The position numbers and the translations under genes were made by a program. Below are positions 29,333 through 39,526 of a stretch of DNA of 64,000 bases, piece after piece. The stretch's first letter is position 1, and every line of letters begins with the position of its first letter. The notes under the pieces were generated by a model. That model was not told where the DNA came from. It worked only from the letters and a program-made list of their open reading frames with translations, and did not search any database. The stretch covers positions 62,001 to 126,000 of the forward strand of contig JANNQV010000028.1 of NCBI GenBank assembly GCA_031400935.1, read 5' to 3'. The stretch is from Armatimonadota bacterium (GTDB lineage Bacteria > Armatimonadota > Fimbriimonadia > Fimbriimonadales > Fimbriimonadaceae).

Positions 29333-30112
29333 TTGTCACTGACCCCTGATCAAATCAAGAAAGCGTGGATCCAGTTTAAGGTCTATCGAGACCCAGAAGC
29401 CCGAATTTCCATCATTAATCATTTTTCATACTTAGTGAAAATCACAGCTGGGAGATTGGTAACAAGCCTTCCTGGCGGAATGGACCGGGAAGATCTGATT
29501 GGTTCGGGGGTTATCGGTCTTGTGAAGAGTGTGGATCAATTCGACCCAACTCGCGATGTTAAATTTGAAACTTATGCCATTGCTTTGATTCGCGGTGCGA
29601 TTCTGGAGATGCTACGAGACGAAGACTGGGTTCCAAGAAGCATTCGAGAGAAGCTCAAAGCACTGGATCGCGCCGTAATGCATTTGGAAACTAAGAACGG
29701 CACACCTCCAACTTCTCGCGAAGTCGCGGAGTACATGGTAATCAGCGAACAAGAAGTTGACGAATTACTCGTTCGTATGGGCCGAACGAATGTTTACAGC
29801 TTGGACGACATCCTTTCAACCAGCGATGGCGACGACCACATCCACTTCGTTGAGCTGATTGTTGACGAAGACGCAAATCCGGCCGGTGAAACGGAAGGAC
29901 GAGAAATTCGAAGAATTCTCACTTCGGGCGTGGACAAACTTCCCGAGCGAGAGCGGCTTGTTGTTGCCCTTTACTATTTTGAAGGCTTGACTTTCAAAGA
30001 GATTGGAAAGGTCCTTGGCGTTTCTGAATCTCGAGTTTATCAATTGCATACACAAGCGATGAACCGCTTGAGAAACCACATGCACGCAGAAGGCGGTGTT
30101 CCCGCAAGGTAG
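29333..30112 (+). CDS. fliA: RNA polymerase sigma-28 factor FliA/WhiG
   Basis: KFETYA...IRGAILEMLRDEDWVPRS, LTFKEIGKVLGVSESRVYQLH. Confidence 0.95.
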   Translation: MSLTPDQIKKAWIQFKVYRDPEARISIINHFSYLVKITAGRLVTSLPGGMDREDLIGSGVIGLVKSVDQFDPTRDVKFETYAIALIRGAILEMLRDEDWVPRSIREKLKALDRAVMHLETKNGTPPTSREVAEYMVISEQEVDELLVRMGRTNVYSLDDILSTSDGDDHIHFVELIVDEDANPAGETEGREIRRILTSGVDKLPERERLVVALYYFEGLTFKEIGKVLGVSESRVYQLHTQAMNRLRNHMHAEGGVPAR

Positions 30113-30119
30113 GCCAACA

Positions 30120-30332
30120 ATGGCCGAAATCCCACGAATTGCCTCAATAACCCCAACCCAACCCGTTACTCCGCACGCCACCCGTGTGCACAAATCTGGC
30201 GACTCGCCAGATCATCATGAGCAGAATCACGAACGAAAGCATGATTCTGTTGAAATCGAGGACGAAGAGGTATCGGTTGAACCAGTCCGAGCTCAAGTTC
30301 CTGACGATGAACATCTAGATATTTCGGTGTAG
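30120..30332 (+). CDS. Small acidic/His-rich hypothetical protein
   Basis: ATG 7 nt after the fliA stop; ends HLDISV. Confidence 0.55.
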   Translation: MAEIPRIASITPTQPVTPHATRVHKSGDSPDHHEQNHERKHDSVEIEDEEVSVEPVRAQVPDDEHLDISV

Positions 30333-30485
30333 GTCATTGGGTCATTGGATCATTGGGTTGCAAGCTGCTGTGTCTGCGAAGTGACACCCTGAATCAATCT
30401 TCTCCATAAGCTTGCCTCGCATTTGGCCCAACCATTCAATCACACGATTACCCAATAACCTGATGACCAAATGACCAAATGACCC
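30332..30485. repeat. Octamer inverted element (GTCATTGG / CCAAATGA)
   Basis: About three G/T 8-mers right after the stop; about six degenerate complementary 8-mers 30428-30485. Confidence 0.85.
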
Positions 30486-30584
30486 TTCTGGCACGTTTCT
30501 TGCCGAAACATTGTTATCATTCAAGAAGGCCGATCCGATTAGGGCTGGTATTATTGACAGTTACAAGAGACGGGAGTTACCGAT

Positions 30585-31658
30585 TTGAAACAAGCATTTG
30601 GAATTACATTTATCATTGCCTCTTTAGCGGCACTTTCAGGTTGCAACAAGGGAGGATCCACGGGCAGTCCTGCCAGCGGCCCAACATTACTTTCCGTAAA
30701 CGGCGAAAACATTTCGTACGAACAGCTCAACCGGCATTTAGCTAAAAAGCCATCTATTCGAGTTAGCACGCAAAGCGGCGTTGTTGAAGCAAATGTTGCA
30801 GAACCACTCGATTTTCAAGCTTTACAAGACCTGATCGGCCAAAAAGTCATCATGCAACTTGCCAAGGATGAGGGTGTTTATCCGACCGCGGCAGAAATTG
30901 ACGCTGAACTCAAATTTCGAACGAAGCTTAATCCAACGTACCTAAAAACACTAAATGCAAGTGGCGTTATGTTTGAAACAGTGAAGGAAAACTTAGCCCT
31001 AGAACTAGCTCGAGAAAAATTATTGACAAAGGGCATTACAGTCACTGCCAAAGAAGCTGATGACTATATCAAAAACAATCCGACACAATTTATGGATCCG
31101 GCTTCAGCAGATTTGCTTTGGGTATTTGTAAAAGCAAAAGGCGACCAGGCAATGGTTGACAGCGAAATTGCGAGCGGCCAAAGTTTCGCTCCGATTGCGG
31201 CACGATTTAGCCAATATCCTGGCGCAGCAGAACAAGGCGGTAAATTCCCTCAACGAGCGATTTCGCAAATGCGTCCCGAACTGCAAAAGGTCGTTAACGA
31301 AACACCTATTGGAAGGGTAAGCAAATGGCTCCAGTTATCTGATGGCTTTGCTATCTTCTACGTTGAAAAGAAGACGCCAGCCAAGGCTGTTGTCATGAAT
31401 GCCGACAAAAAGGAACTTGTACGCCGATCAATTGCTCGTACTCGTGGCGAGCAAGCCACCGATCTTGGCAAAAAGGTACTCGACAAGATCAAAGCAAGCC
31501 AAATAAAGGTCAACGACACTGCGCTTGCAGAGCTTTGGAAGCGAGCCGCTGAAAATCTTGCAAAGCAAGCGAATCAGGCAGGAAGTCAAGCACCGACATC
31601 CGCGAATCCTCCTACAGCAAATCCGCCAACCGCGAATCCAACGACTAGCGGGGGATAG
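30585..31658 (+). CDS. PrsA/SurA-like foldase lipoprotein (parvulin type)
   Basis: Lipobox LSGC, SVNGENI, FAPIAARFSQ...GG; C-terminal PTANP repeats. Confidence 0.8.
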   Translation: MKQAFGITFIIASLAALSGCNKGGSTGSPASGPTLLSVNGENISYEQLNRHLAKKPSIRVSTQSGVVEANVAEPLDFQALQDLIGQKVIMQLAKDEGVYPTAAEIDAELKFRTKLNPTYLKTLNASGVMFETVKENLALELAREKLLTKGITVTAKEADDYIKNNPTQFMDPASADLLWVFVKAKGDQAMVDSEIASGQSFAPIAARFSQYPGAAEQGGKFPQRAISQMRPELQKVVNETPIGRVSKWLQLSDGFAIFYVEKKTPAKAVVMNADKKELVRRSIARTRGEQATDLGKKVLDKIKASQIKVNDTALAELWKRAAENLAKQANQAGSQAPTSANPPTANPPTANPTTSGG

Positions 31659-31670
31659 GGTTGGCGGAAT

Positions 31671-31741
31671 GGGTTTAGGGTGCAGGGTTTAGGGTTTAGA
31701 AATTTCCGGGTTCTGACCCTATACCCTAGACCCCACACCCC
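31671..31741. repeat. Heptamer inverted element (GGGTTTA)x4 ... (ACCCYAN)x4
   Basis: Seen directly between convergent stops. Confidence 0.88.
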
Positions 31742-31746
31742 TCCCA

Positions 31747-32670
31747 CTACGCCGTCCAAGCAAATGGCTCGGCGTCCGTAAGGACCCGAGCTTCGTTTTC
31801 ATAAGCACGAATCAAATACTCGGGAAGGGTGAAAAGTGCGTTGTGGAATCTTCCCGTGTAATACCGATTTTTCACGCCTCTGGCGGCATGACGGGACTCG
31901 ATTTCACTTTGACTGAGGCTAAGCGGGTTCTGAGTTTTGCTCGCCAAGACAAATCCCCAAGGCTGAAAGAAAGTGCTCACAATTCCAAAATATCCAGCGA
32001 CGTGCGGGAAAACTTCCCCTAAGGTTTTGATGCAGCTCATCATGCAAACTGGATAATTTTCGCTCGCCGATCCCGCTTGCATGGCGAAGACTCCATCCTC
32101 GCCCATCGCGTCGTAAGCGATCTGAAAATATTCTTTGGTGAATAGGAATTGTGCAGGGCCGTCTTCGTGAGGATTAGGTAAATCGCTGAGAATCACATCA
32201 AAGTTGGCCCCATTGTGCTCGGCAAGCCATGCCCGTGCGTCTGTGTGAAGTAGCGTCGTTCGAGGGTCTTCAAATGCCCCCTGATGCCATTCGGGCATGT
32301 GGACTTTCACCATATCCACAAGCTCTTCGTCAATGTCCACCATCCACGCTTGCTCGACCGTGTTGTGCGTTAGCGCTTCTCGCAGAGTCGCCCCTTCTCC
32401 GCCGCCGCAGACCAAGACCCTTTTAGGATTCGGGTGAAGGGTCATGGCTGGCTGGCTCATACATTCGTGGAAAACATATTCGTCCAGGATCGAGGTCTGG
32501 ATGTTGTAGTCGAGGAACAGCGATTTCCCAAACCGGGGCACTTCAACGATCTGATAGGTCTGGTACTTCGTTCGTCCTTCCAGAATCATCTTCTCAACGC
32601 GGTACTGCCAAACGGCTGCCCTCGTGTGCGTTTCGTTGATAAACATTCCAGTTGCGCCAAGTTCGCTCAT
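31747..32670 (-). CDS. speE: Polyamine aminopropyltransferase (spermidine synthase family)
   Basis: TKYQ, DEYVFHE, VLVCGGGEGATLRE, DVILSD. Confidence 0.92.
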   Translation of the reverse strand: MSELGATGMFINETHTRAAVWQYRVEKMILEGRTKYQTYQIVEVPRFGKSLFLDYNIQTSILDEYVFHECMSQPAMTLHPNPKRVLVCGGGEGATLREALTHNTVEQAWMVDIDEELVDMVKVHMPEWHQGAFEDPRTTLLHTDARAWLAEHNGANFDVILSDLPNPHEDGPAQFLFTKEYFQIAYDAMGEDGVFAMQAGSASENYPVCMMSCIKTLGEVFPHVAGYFGIVSTFFQPWGFVLASKTQNPLSLSQSEIESRHAARGVKNRYYTGRFHNALFTLPEYLIRAYENEARVLTDAEPFAWTA

Positions 32671-32709
32671 GAGGGCAAATTGTGGCAGATTTTTCGGGCG
32701 ATGTTGGGA

Positions 32710-33222
32710 CTAAGTAGGATTAAAGAACTCTTGGAGCAACTGGCTCACCTCTTTAGCCTCAAAATCGTGGGCAAAGAGTAGTAATGAAAAGCGATAGAAC
32801 TTGGCATCATCGTTGGCTACAACGATGAAGAAGGGAGTCTCGCTACCTGGGACAGATTGAACTGAAAATTTCAAGTAAGTTCCAAAGTCATATAGTGGAA
32901 CATTGCCCAAGAGAAACTGACCGCCTTGGCGTCGAAAAACATAGGTAGTTTCGCAACGCTTGGCAAAGAAAACTACGGCCAACAACATAGCCGCGCCAAG
33001 CAACCAGCAGAACGTGACTGCTAAAGTGCTCCAAGGAAATGGTCCGTCCAACAAGCCGACAAAAGGTTGAGTTCTAAATATCCAAACTCCAACAGTAAGA
33101 CTGAATACAGCAAACACAGCCCCAGCCACAATTTGCTGCCATTTGAAGCTAATCGAGCTGTGATACCGGATTTCATCATCTTCAACCACGAAAACCAAGT
33201 TCCCGATATAGCGGGTAGCCAT
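32710..33222 (-). CDS. Hypothetical membrane protein
   Basis: Two TM segments; fills the gap. Confidence 0.6.
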   Translation of the reverse strand: MATRYIGNLVFVVEDDEIRYHSSISFKWQQIVAGAVFAVFSLTVGVWIFRTQPFVGLLDGPFPWSTLAVTFCWLLGAAMLLAVVFFAKRCETTYVFRRQGGQFLLGNVPLYDFGTYLKFSVQSVPGSETPFFIVVANDDAKFYRFSLLLFAHDFEAKEVSQLLQEFFNPT

Positions 33223-33334
33223 TGTGTTGATTTTGACTCAATCATTGAAGAACTACTCGTCGGACTCCTTGTCAATAGCTACTTGGCAAACAGTGCTTGC
33301 CAAAGATCAGCACGCCAAGATACTCTTAAAGTTA

Positions 33335-33871
33335 GTGGAAACATTCATCATCCTCCTTCGCGGTATCAATGTCGGAGGGAACAATCTCATCAAAATGGCA
33401 GAGCTAAAGAAGATTGCCTCCGATCTTGGGTTTGACAATCCACGAGCGCTGCTGCAAAGCGGAAACCTCGTTGTCGGGGCCGATCCCGCCTGCGAAGTTG
33501 CTGAATTGCTGAGTTCCGCCCTGCTAGAACGGAAGCAAATGAGGATCAGCGCGCTGATTCGTTCGAAATCAGAGCTAGGAGAAATTATCCTCTCAAACCC
33601 ATTTCTAGAAGAAGCGAAAAGCGATCCGAGCCATTTGGTTGTCACTTTCCTACCAGCTGAGCCTCCCGAAGGATTAGTGGAACAGGTGCAAGCGGCAATC
33701 GTCGGTCCAGAGAAAATGCGCGGACATGGGAAACACGTTTACGTTGTCTATCCAGTTGGAATCGGCGATTCGAAGGTCTCAAGAACGCCAGGTTGGAATG
33801 AACTAATGGGCGGTGGGACTGCTAGAAATTGGAATACAGTGTTGAAGCTGGCGGAGTTGGCGGGCCGTTAG
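33335..33871 (+). CDS. DUF1697 family protein
   Basis: LLRGINVGG, LQSGN, TARNWNTV; GTG start. Confidence 0.9.
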   Translation: METFIILLRGINVGGNNLIKMAELKKIASDLGFDNPRALLQSGNLVVGADPACEVAELLSSALLERKQMRISALIRSKSELGEIILSNPFLEEAKSDPSHLVVTFLPAEPPEGLVEQVQAAIVGPEKMRGHGKHVYVVYPVGIGDSKVSRTPGWNELMGGGTARNWNTVLKLAELAGR

Positions 33872-33940
33872 CGGTTGGCAGTTAGCGGATGGTTGGCATG
33901 TTGTTGGCGATCCATTCGCACGCCGCATTCTCGCATCCTC
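33867..33940. repeat. Heptamer arms (GTTRGCR) and (CGCATYC)
   Basis: gttagcg gttggca gttagcg begins within the stop codon; cgcattc/cgcatcc copies follow. Confidence 0.6.
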
Positions 33941-34055
33941 CCGACCGAGTTTTCGCGCACCGCTGTCAACTCTTTCATCTCCGGAATCGCTTCAACAACC
34001 GATGGGTGACGCCGCCTTTTTATGTTCTTAACTTTAAGAAGTCTATGCTAGCAGA

Positions 34056-36722
34056 ATGGTATTTACGGCCCTCTGTTTGATGTTGCAAAACCCGCAATCC
34101 GTGTTTCTTGATTGGAGCGCTCCAGCAGGAATGGAATACGCTCAAGTCGTTCCCGGAGGGCGAACTGTCCTGCCAAATGGTAGATTCCTGACGCCAAAAG
34201 GCAATCGAGTATGGGTTGGTGAAGGCTTGTGGCACCTTGTCAGAAGCGACGATGGCGAAGCCCTTGCAGGCATTCACACCGGCGATGGCTATAAGGAAGA
34301 TTCGGGACCTGGAATCGTTATCTATTCGAATCTAAAGTCTCTAAAATGGACTCGAAAGCACGTCGCTATCAAGGATATTGCACCCTGTGGGACCTTTACG
34401 CCAGACGGGAAGAGATTTCTTGTGAGCTTAGGAGAATCAGGTGCACTGGGGATATTCGAAACGACAAATTGGACTCAAATCGGAAAGGTTGAGTCAAATG
34501 ATAAAACCCACAAGTTTTCCTACCTGAACGACATTGCCGTCTCTAAAGACGGTAAAAAGGCGTTTGCTGTTGACGTCGCTGGCGGACGAGTGATTTCCTT
34601 TGACCTCAAATCAAATTCCTTGATTGATTCTGCGCCTGCAGGGCGCGAGCCATACACATGCAAACTCTCGTCAAGCGGATCCAGTTTGTTTGTTGCTAAC
34701 ATCGGAATGTTCGATTACAGCCTGGTCCCGCCCCCAGCCACTGAAGGATTCAGCCAAAGGGGACTTTCTATTCCGGCATTTGGATTCCCGAGCCGGAAGG
34801 CCGAACTAGGCAAATTCATGGAGGGAAGGCAGGTTCCGGGACTTGGCAAGGCACAGGTCGTGGATGCCCAATCAGTGTGGAGATATTCTCTAGATTCGAA
34901 GCTTGTTGCGGCTCGAAAAGCGACTTCGGGGATCCTAATTCACTCCCCTGCGGATCAGGGAAAATCCGTCGGAGGAAGTGCTCCAAATGAGTTGCTGGTT
35001 CGTGGAAAAGAACTCTATGTCAGCAATGCGAACAATGACTCCATTTCCGTTTTTGATGCCACTTCGCTCAAGATTCTTCGAACCATACGCCTGCAACCTC
35101 ATCCATCGTTGAACCTGTTTCGAGGAGTAATCCCTTCAGGAATGGCGATGGATCAAGCAGGAAAACGATTGTACGTTTGCGAAAGCGGACTGAATGCGGT
35201 CGCAGTTATTGAACCACAGTCGGGAAAGACCCTAGGCCATATTCCGACAGGCTGGTTTCCGATGAAGGTCGTGCTCTCGAAGGACGAAAGGACTCTTTAC
35301 ATCGCGACGCAAAAAGGGCTTGGAAGAGGGCCGAGGGGGCCTGAATTTGCAAGGAAACCGGAGGACGAGCGATTTGGGCTTCCCGATATGCCTTCAATGA
35401 TTGACGCAACACCAGTTCCCTCCGCTTCGACACTTTCAAGCTATTCCAAGGAAGTTCTGTTGAACAACGGATTGAGTCCCGTTTCTAAGCAAGTAAACCC
35501 GATCGCCGGCGCCCCCGGAAAGCCGAGCTCCAAGATCAAATACGTTGTCTTCATCACAAAAGAAAACCACACCTACGACGGCATTTTTGGGGGGCTCAAA
35601 TTCACTCGTGGAAAACCTGAATATGCAGAGTTTGGAATGGAAGGCTGGATTCGCGAAAAGGGAATGGCGGAACGGCTGCCGATAATGCCGAACCACATCC
35701 GCCTAGCCGAGCAATTTGGAATCTCTGATAACTTTTACATGGAACCGCAAGCAAGCGGAGACGGGCACCGATGGTTAGTTGGCGTGTACCCAAGCTTGTG
35801 GACAACTCGCGTTTTCTACGCTGGATGGGATTTCAAGAGGACCAACGAAGCGCCGGGCAGGCTTGTTAGTTTTGGTTCAAATGGCTCGCAGATTCCAGAA
35901 GATTATCTGGAAAATGGATCCCTTTGGGAGCACCTTGCTCGGAACGGCATTCCGTTCCGCAACTATGGCGAAGGCTACGAGTTGCCAGATAACGATGAAG
36001 AGATAATGACAAATCGGAGTGGAGCTTTTACACAAGTGAATTACCCTATGCCTCAAGTTCTTTATCAAAACACATGCTTCAACTTCCCTGCTTACAATAA
36101 CAACATTCCCGACATAGCAAGGGCGGATTGGTTTTTCGAAGATATCGTCAACTATCGAGAGTCTCACTCGGGCGCTTTGCCGAAATTTCTCAACATTGCA
36201 ATTTGCAACGACCATGGCTCTTCGCCCATGCCCAACCGAGGTTATCCATACACGTGCAGTTTCATGGCGGATAACGACTTAGCCCTAGGAAGAATCGTGG
36301 AATTCCTATCGAAGCAGCCTGAATGGAAAGAAATGGCGATCTTTGTCACACAAGACGATCCTGGCGGCGACAACGATCATGTTGACCGACACCGGAGCTT
36401 TGTACTTGGAATTTCGCCTTGGATCAAGCGAGGCTATGTCAGCCACCAGCACACCAGCATCATGTCAATCATAAAGCAGATTTATCGGCTCTTTGGGTTA
36501 GGTCCGAACAACATGTACGATGCTGTTGCGACGGATATGTCTGATTTCTTTACAGACAAGCCGGACTTCACTCCCTATCAGTCGGTGCTTACGGACCCGA
36601 GGGTGTTTAAGCCAAACGATACGTTTGATCCATTTGATCCCAATTTTGTTCGGCGAAGAAGTGAAAAGCCAGAAGCAGAGATGGACGATCCAGAGTTTGT
36701 AGAAAAGCTACGAAATCGGTAG
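34056..36722 (+). CDS. YVTN beta-propeller plus phosphoesterase (alkaline-phosphatase-like) protein
   Basis: LPNGRFLTP, LYVSNANNDSI, GHIPTGWFP, KENHTYD, DNDLALGRIVE, DHVDRHRS. Confidence 0.88.
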   Translation: MVFTALCLMLQNPQSVFLDWSAPAGMEYAQVVPGGRTVLPNGRFLTPKGNRVWVGEGLWHLVRSDDGEALAGIHTGDGYKEDSGPGIVIYSNLKSLKWTRKHVAIKDIAPCGTFTPDGKRFLVSLGESGALGIFETTNWTQIGKVESNDKTHKFSYLNDIAVSKDGKKAFAVDVAGGRVISFDLKSNSLIDSAPAGREPYTCKLSSSGSSLFVANIGMFDYSLVPPPATEGFSQRGLSIPAFGFPSRKAELGKFMEGRQVPGLGKAQVVDAQSVWRYSLDSKLVAARKATSGILIHSPADQGKSVGGSAPNELLVRGKELYVSNANNDSISVFDATSLKILRTIRLQPHPSLNLFRGVIPSGMAMDQAGKRLYVCESGLNAVAVIEPQSGKTLGHIPTGWFPMKVVLSKDERTLYIATQKGLGRGPRGPEFARKPEDERFGLPDMPSMIDATPVPSASTLSSYSKEVLLNNGLSPVSKQVNPIAGAPGKPSSKIKYVVFITKENHTYDGIFGGLKFTRGKPEYAEFGMEGWIREKGMAERLPIMPNHIRLAEQFGISDNFYMEPQASGDGHRWLVGVYPSLWTTRVFYAGWDFKRTNEAPGRLVSFGSNGSQIPEDYLENGSLWEHLARNGIPFRNYGEGYELPDNDEEIMTNRSGAFTQVNYPMPQVLYQNTCFNFPAYNNNIPDIARADWFFEDIVNYRESHSGALPKFLNIAICNDHGSSPMPNRGYPYTCSFMADNDLALGRIVEFLSKQPEWKEMAIFVTQDDPGGDNDHVDRHRSFVLGISPWIKRGYVSHQHTSIMSIIKQIYRLFGLGPNNMYDAVATDMSDFFTDKPDFTPYQSVLTDPRVFKPNDTFDPFDPNFVRRRSEKPEAEMDDPEFVEKLRNR

Positions 36723-36939
36723 GAGATGTGCAGTTCAGAGATTTGGCTGTCAAGGGACAGATTTACTATGTTGTCAACCGCTGGCTGTCAGAGAACATTT
36801 GAGGCACAATTCACGGAACTGCCAATTTGAGACAAATTCCAAACTTGTCGAAGAACGCATTATGGCCGGGTCCTCTGACACAACTATCTCAAGATGTGTC
36901 TGGACGGCCATTTCAAATTAGTGCCTTGTCTCCCAAAGA

Positions 36940-36974
36940 CAAAAAAAGACCGGGAGTGCATTTCTGCACCCCCG
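36940..36974 (-). terminator. Intrinsic terminator of the prepilin-type gene
   Basis: Minus strand CGGGGGTGCAGAAATGCACTCCCG followed by GTCTTTTTTT. Confidence 0.75.
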
Positions 36975-37025
36975 AATCTCCCTCTCCCAAGTTACAATTG
37001 GTTAGTTTGACCAATTATCTCTAAA

Positions 37026-37928
37026 CTATTCCGTCCAGAAGCAGTTGCTGCCAGGGCCGGAGGCGCTGGTGCATTGTGGGTAGTTTGCGATAATCCATGC
37101 AGGAATATCTTTGCAAAGGATGTTGTCTGGAATGTTGGTTCCATCAGGCGATGTTGCGTTCAAGCGTACAAGAAAGTCTGGCATTTGGCAATACGCCGTC
37201 TCTGCAAGTTTCGTGTTTGCCGCCATTATGAACCTGTCGTTAAATGCGCCCGCCATAAAGCCACCGCGGACCTTTACAGTTTTTGCGTGGCCGTCAACGA
37301 ATGCATAGTTGAATTGTCCACCATGGCGTAGAGCCTTGTTCGTTCTTCCGTTGTACGTATCAGCTGCGAAGCCGATTCCAAGGGTCATTCGAGGTGTGTC
37401 ATAGGTATCGCCAAAAGCAAATGTTTCGGCAACTGTCTCAACCGATGTTGTGCTAACGCCAACCAGATAGCTCTGATTGGTGACTGGCACTCGTTGCTGC
37501 AGACCGAGAAGGCCGCCGCCTCGCCAGCCGATCGGACCCCAGTTATAACCGTAGCCGGAATATCGCTTGGCGCCCAACTTTTGTCCTAGCGCGTTGTAGC
37601 TTGTTGGGCCACCCTCATTTCGTTCAGGCGAATAGATCAGTTCAATTGATTTGAAGTATGGGAACATGCCAAACCACCATTCTTGCGAACAGCCGCTTGT
37701 ATCCGTTAACGTGCAAGGGCCACTTCCGCCCCAGAGTGAAGGAGTTACATCATCATAGTCAGTGACATAGATGTGCATGGCGGTTCCAAGTTGCTTGACG
37801 TTAGAAAGTGAAGCCGTTTTCTTTGCTGCAGCCTTTGCTTGAGCGAAAACGGGAAAAAGAATAGCAGCGAGAATCGCAATAATTGCGATCACGACGAGTA
37901 GTTCAATTAATGTAAATGCTTTTTTCAT
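37026..37928 (-). CDS. Prepilin-type N-terminal cleavage/methylation plus H-X9-DG domain protein
   Basis: [43 protein letters not shown]. Confidence 0.93.
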   Translation of the reverse strand: MKKAFTLIELLVVIAIIAILAAILFPVFAQAKAAAKKTASLSNVKQLGTAMHIYVTDYDDVTPSLWGGSGPCTLTDTSGCSQEWWFGMFPYFKSIELIYSPERNEGGPTSYNALGQKLGAKRYSGYGYNWGPIGWRGGGLLGLQQRVPVTNQSYLVGVSTTSVETVAETFAFGDTYDTPRMTLGIGFAADTYNGRTNKALRHGGQFNYAFVDGHAKTVKVRGGFMAGAFNDRFIMAANTKLAETAYCQMPDFLVRLNATSPDGTNIPDNILCKDIPAWIIANYPQCTSASGPGSNCFWTE

Positions 37929-38069
37929 AATGCACCTCGCAAATATGTTTGCGCCAGTGCATTAACGGAAGGTGATGAGAGGGTTATGAATTGGCTAGGG
38001 TTTGGTTAAGGAATGGGTCGTAGGTTGGCGGTGGCAGTTTCTATTCGTCCAATCCATACAATTCATCCC

Positions 38070-39098
38070 CTATTCGAAGCTAAAAACAACCTTCCCCGCT
38101 TTGCCAGCTTCCATCAATTCCATAGCCATCGCGAATTCTGTAAAGTGCATTTCGTGAGTAATCACTGGATCAAGCTTCAATTTCCCGGATTGCAAAAGTT
38201 CCCCCATTTGGTCCCATGTTTGCCATAACTTTCTTCCAACAATGCCGTGAACGTCAATTCCCTTGAAGATGAGGTCATTGAATTGGAGCGACTGCGTATT
38301 CTCGTGAAAGACGCCTAAAAGGCTAATTCTTCCTCCCGGGCGTACGTGCTTCGTTGCCAAAGTCAGCGAACTGGGATGCCCGGACATTTCAAGCACACCA
38401 TCAAATCCGTCCGGAGCAAGCTTGGAAAGGCTCCCGTCTACATCGTCTGTCTTCGGGTTGAAGACAAATTCGATGCCGATTTGTTTGGCAAGTTCAATTC
38501 GGTATGGAGAAACTTCCGTCCCGACAACTAACTCTGCACCAAGAGCCTGGCAAATCGTTGCCGAAAAAAGTCCAATAGGGCCGAGTCCCGTTATGAGAAT
38601 TTTTTGCCCTGCCACTGGCCCTGCAAGCGCGGTATGAACTGCATTTCCAAGCGCATCTTGGAACGCCGCGATTTTCTTGGGGATGGTACGGCTAGTGGGA
38701 CGAGCGTTGTCTTTTGGGATGACAACGTACTCGGCGAATCCGCCATCAATGTCAACGCCTAAAATCGTGGTGTTCACGCAAACGTGAGCTTGCCCTTCCC
38801 TGCACTGACGGCAATGTCCGCAAACGATATGGGATTCGCTAGATACAAAGTCGCCGACTTGCCGGTCGGCAACGCCATCGCCGACTTCCACAACCGTTCC
38901 GCAAAATTCGTGCCCAATGATTCGAGGCGGCCTTATTCGGCTTTGTGACCAAGGGTCCCATTGGTAAATATGGAGATCGGTTCCGCAAACGGAAGCCGCT
39001 TCGAGTTTGATTTTTACGTGCCCTGGCTGTATTTGGGGTTCTGGGGCATCTATTAGCTGTACGCCTCGCTCCGGGCGTGTTTTTGCAATGGCTTTCAC
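38070..39098 (-). CDS. tdh: L-threonine 3-dehydrogenase
   Basis: CGTDLHIYQWDPW, GHEF, CGHCRQC, GNAVHTAL, GIVGRKLWQTW. Confidence 0.94.
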   Translation of the reverse strand: MKAIAKTRPERGVQLIDAPEPQIQPGHVKIKLEAASVCGTDLHIYQWDPWSQSRIRPPRIIGHEFCGTVVEVGDGVADRQVGDFVSSESHIVCGHCRQCREGQAHVCVNTTILGVDIDGGFAEYVVIPKDNARPTSRTIPKKIAAFQDALGNAVHTALAGPVAGQKILITGLGPIGLFSATICQALGAELVVGTEVSPYRIELAKQIGIEFVFNPKTDDVDGSLSKLAPDGFDGVLEMSGHPSSLTLATKHVRPGGRISLLGVFHENTQSLQFNDLIFKGIDVHGIVGRKLWQTWDQMGELLQSGKLKLDPVITHEMHFTEFAMAMELMEAGKAGKVVFSFE

Positions 39099-39153
39099 GC
39101 CGATTAGGATACCGTTGCGTGGCTTGCGGCGTCCCGCCCAAGACCCTTTGGCC

Positions 39154-39513
39154 TCTCACGAGCCGCTTTATTGGCTCGCAAAGTCGCTAAGGTCGCAGAG
39201 ATCTGACTTGGAATTCTCTATCAAACTACTAGTTCTCGCTTCCCCTTTGCGAGCTTTGCGCCTTAGCGTGAAACATTTCCGGAATCTCACGCAATGGTCG
39301 CAGAGGTTCGCGGATCAAATCAGAGTTCAGGGTTTAGGGTTTAGGGGTTATTCGAACCTCCTTAACCTCCGCGTGAAACAAGAAAGCCGAAATCTCACGA
39401 GCCACTCGATGGCTCGCAAAGTCGCTAAGGTCGCAGAGATCGGACTTGGAATTCTCAATCAAACTACTTGTTCTCGCCTACCCTTTGCGAGCTTTACGCC
39501 TTGGCGTGAAACA
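39154..39513. repeat. Three-unit array of palindromic elements (TCTCACG...GCGTGAAACA)
   Basis: Units 39154-39275, 39285-39380, 39393-39513; units 1 and 3 are near-identical. Confidence 0.9.
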
Positions 39514-39526
39514 AGAAACCGATTTC

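Noticed and set aside
31590..31645. PTANP repeats in the foldase tail as an invading DNA repeat
   Set aside because: 15-nt codon-degenerate repeats, a protein-level linker unlike the 7-11 nt families.
36723..36935. Possible ncRNA or IS remnant between convergent genes
   Set aside because: Only weak short inverted matches (TGTCAGAG/CTCTGACA); no ORF or recognisable family.
39154..39513. CRISPR array
   Set aside because: Shared termini are too short, units 1 and 3 share their interiors, spacing is irregular and no cas genes are present.
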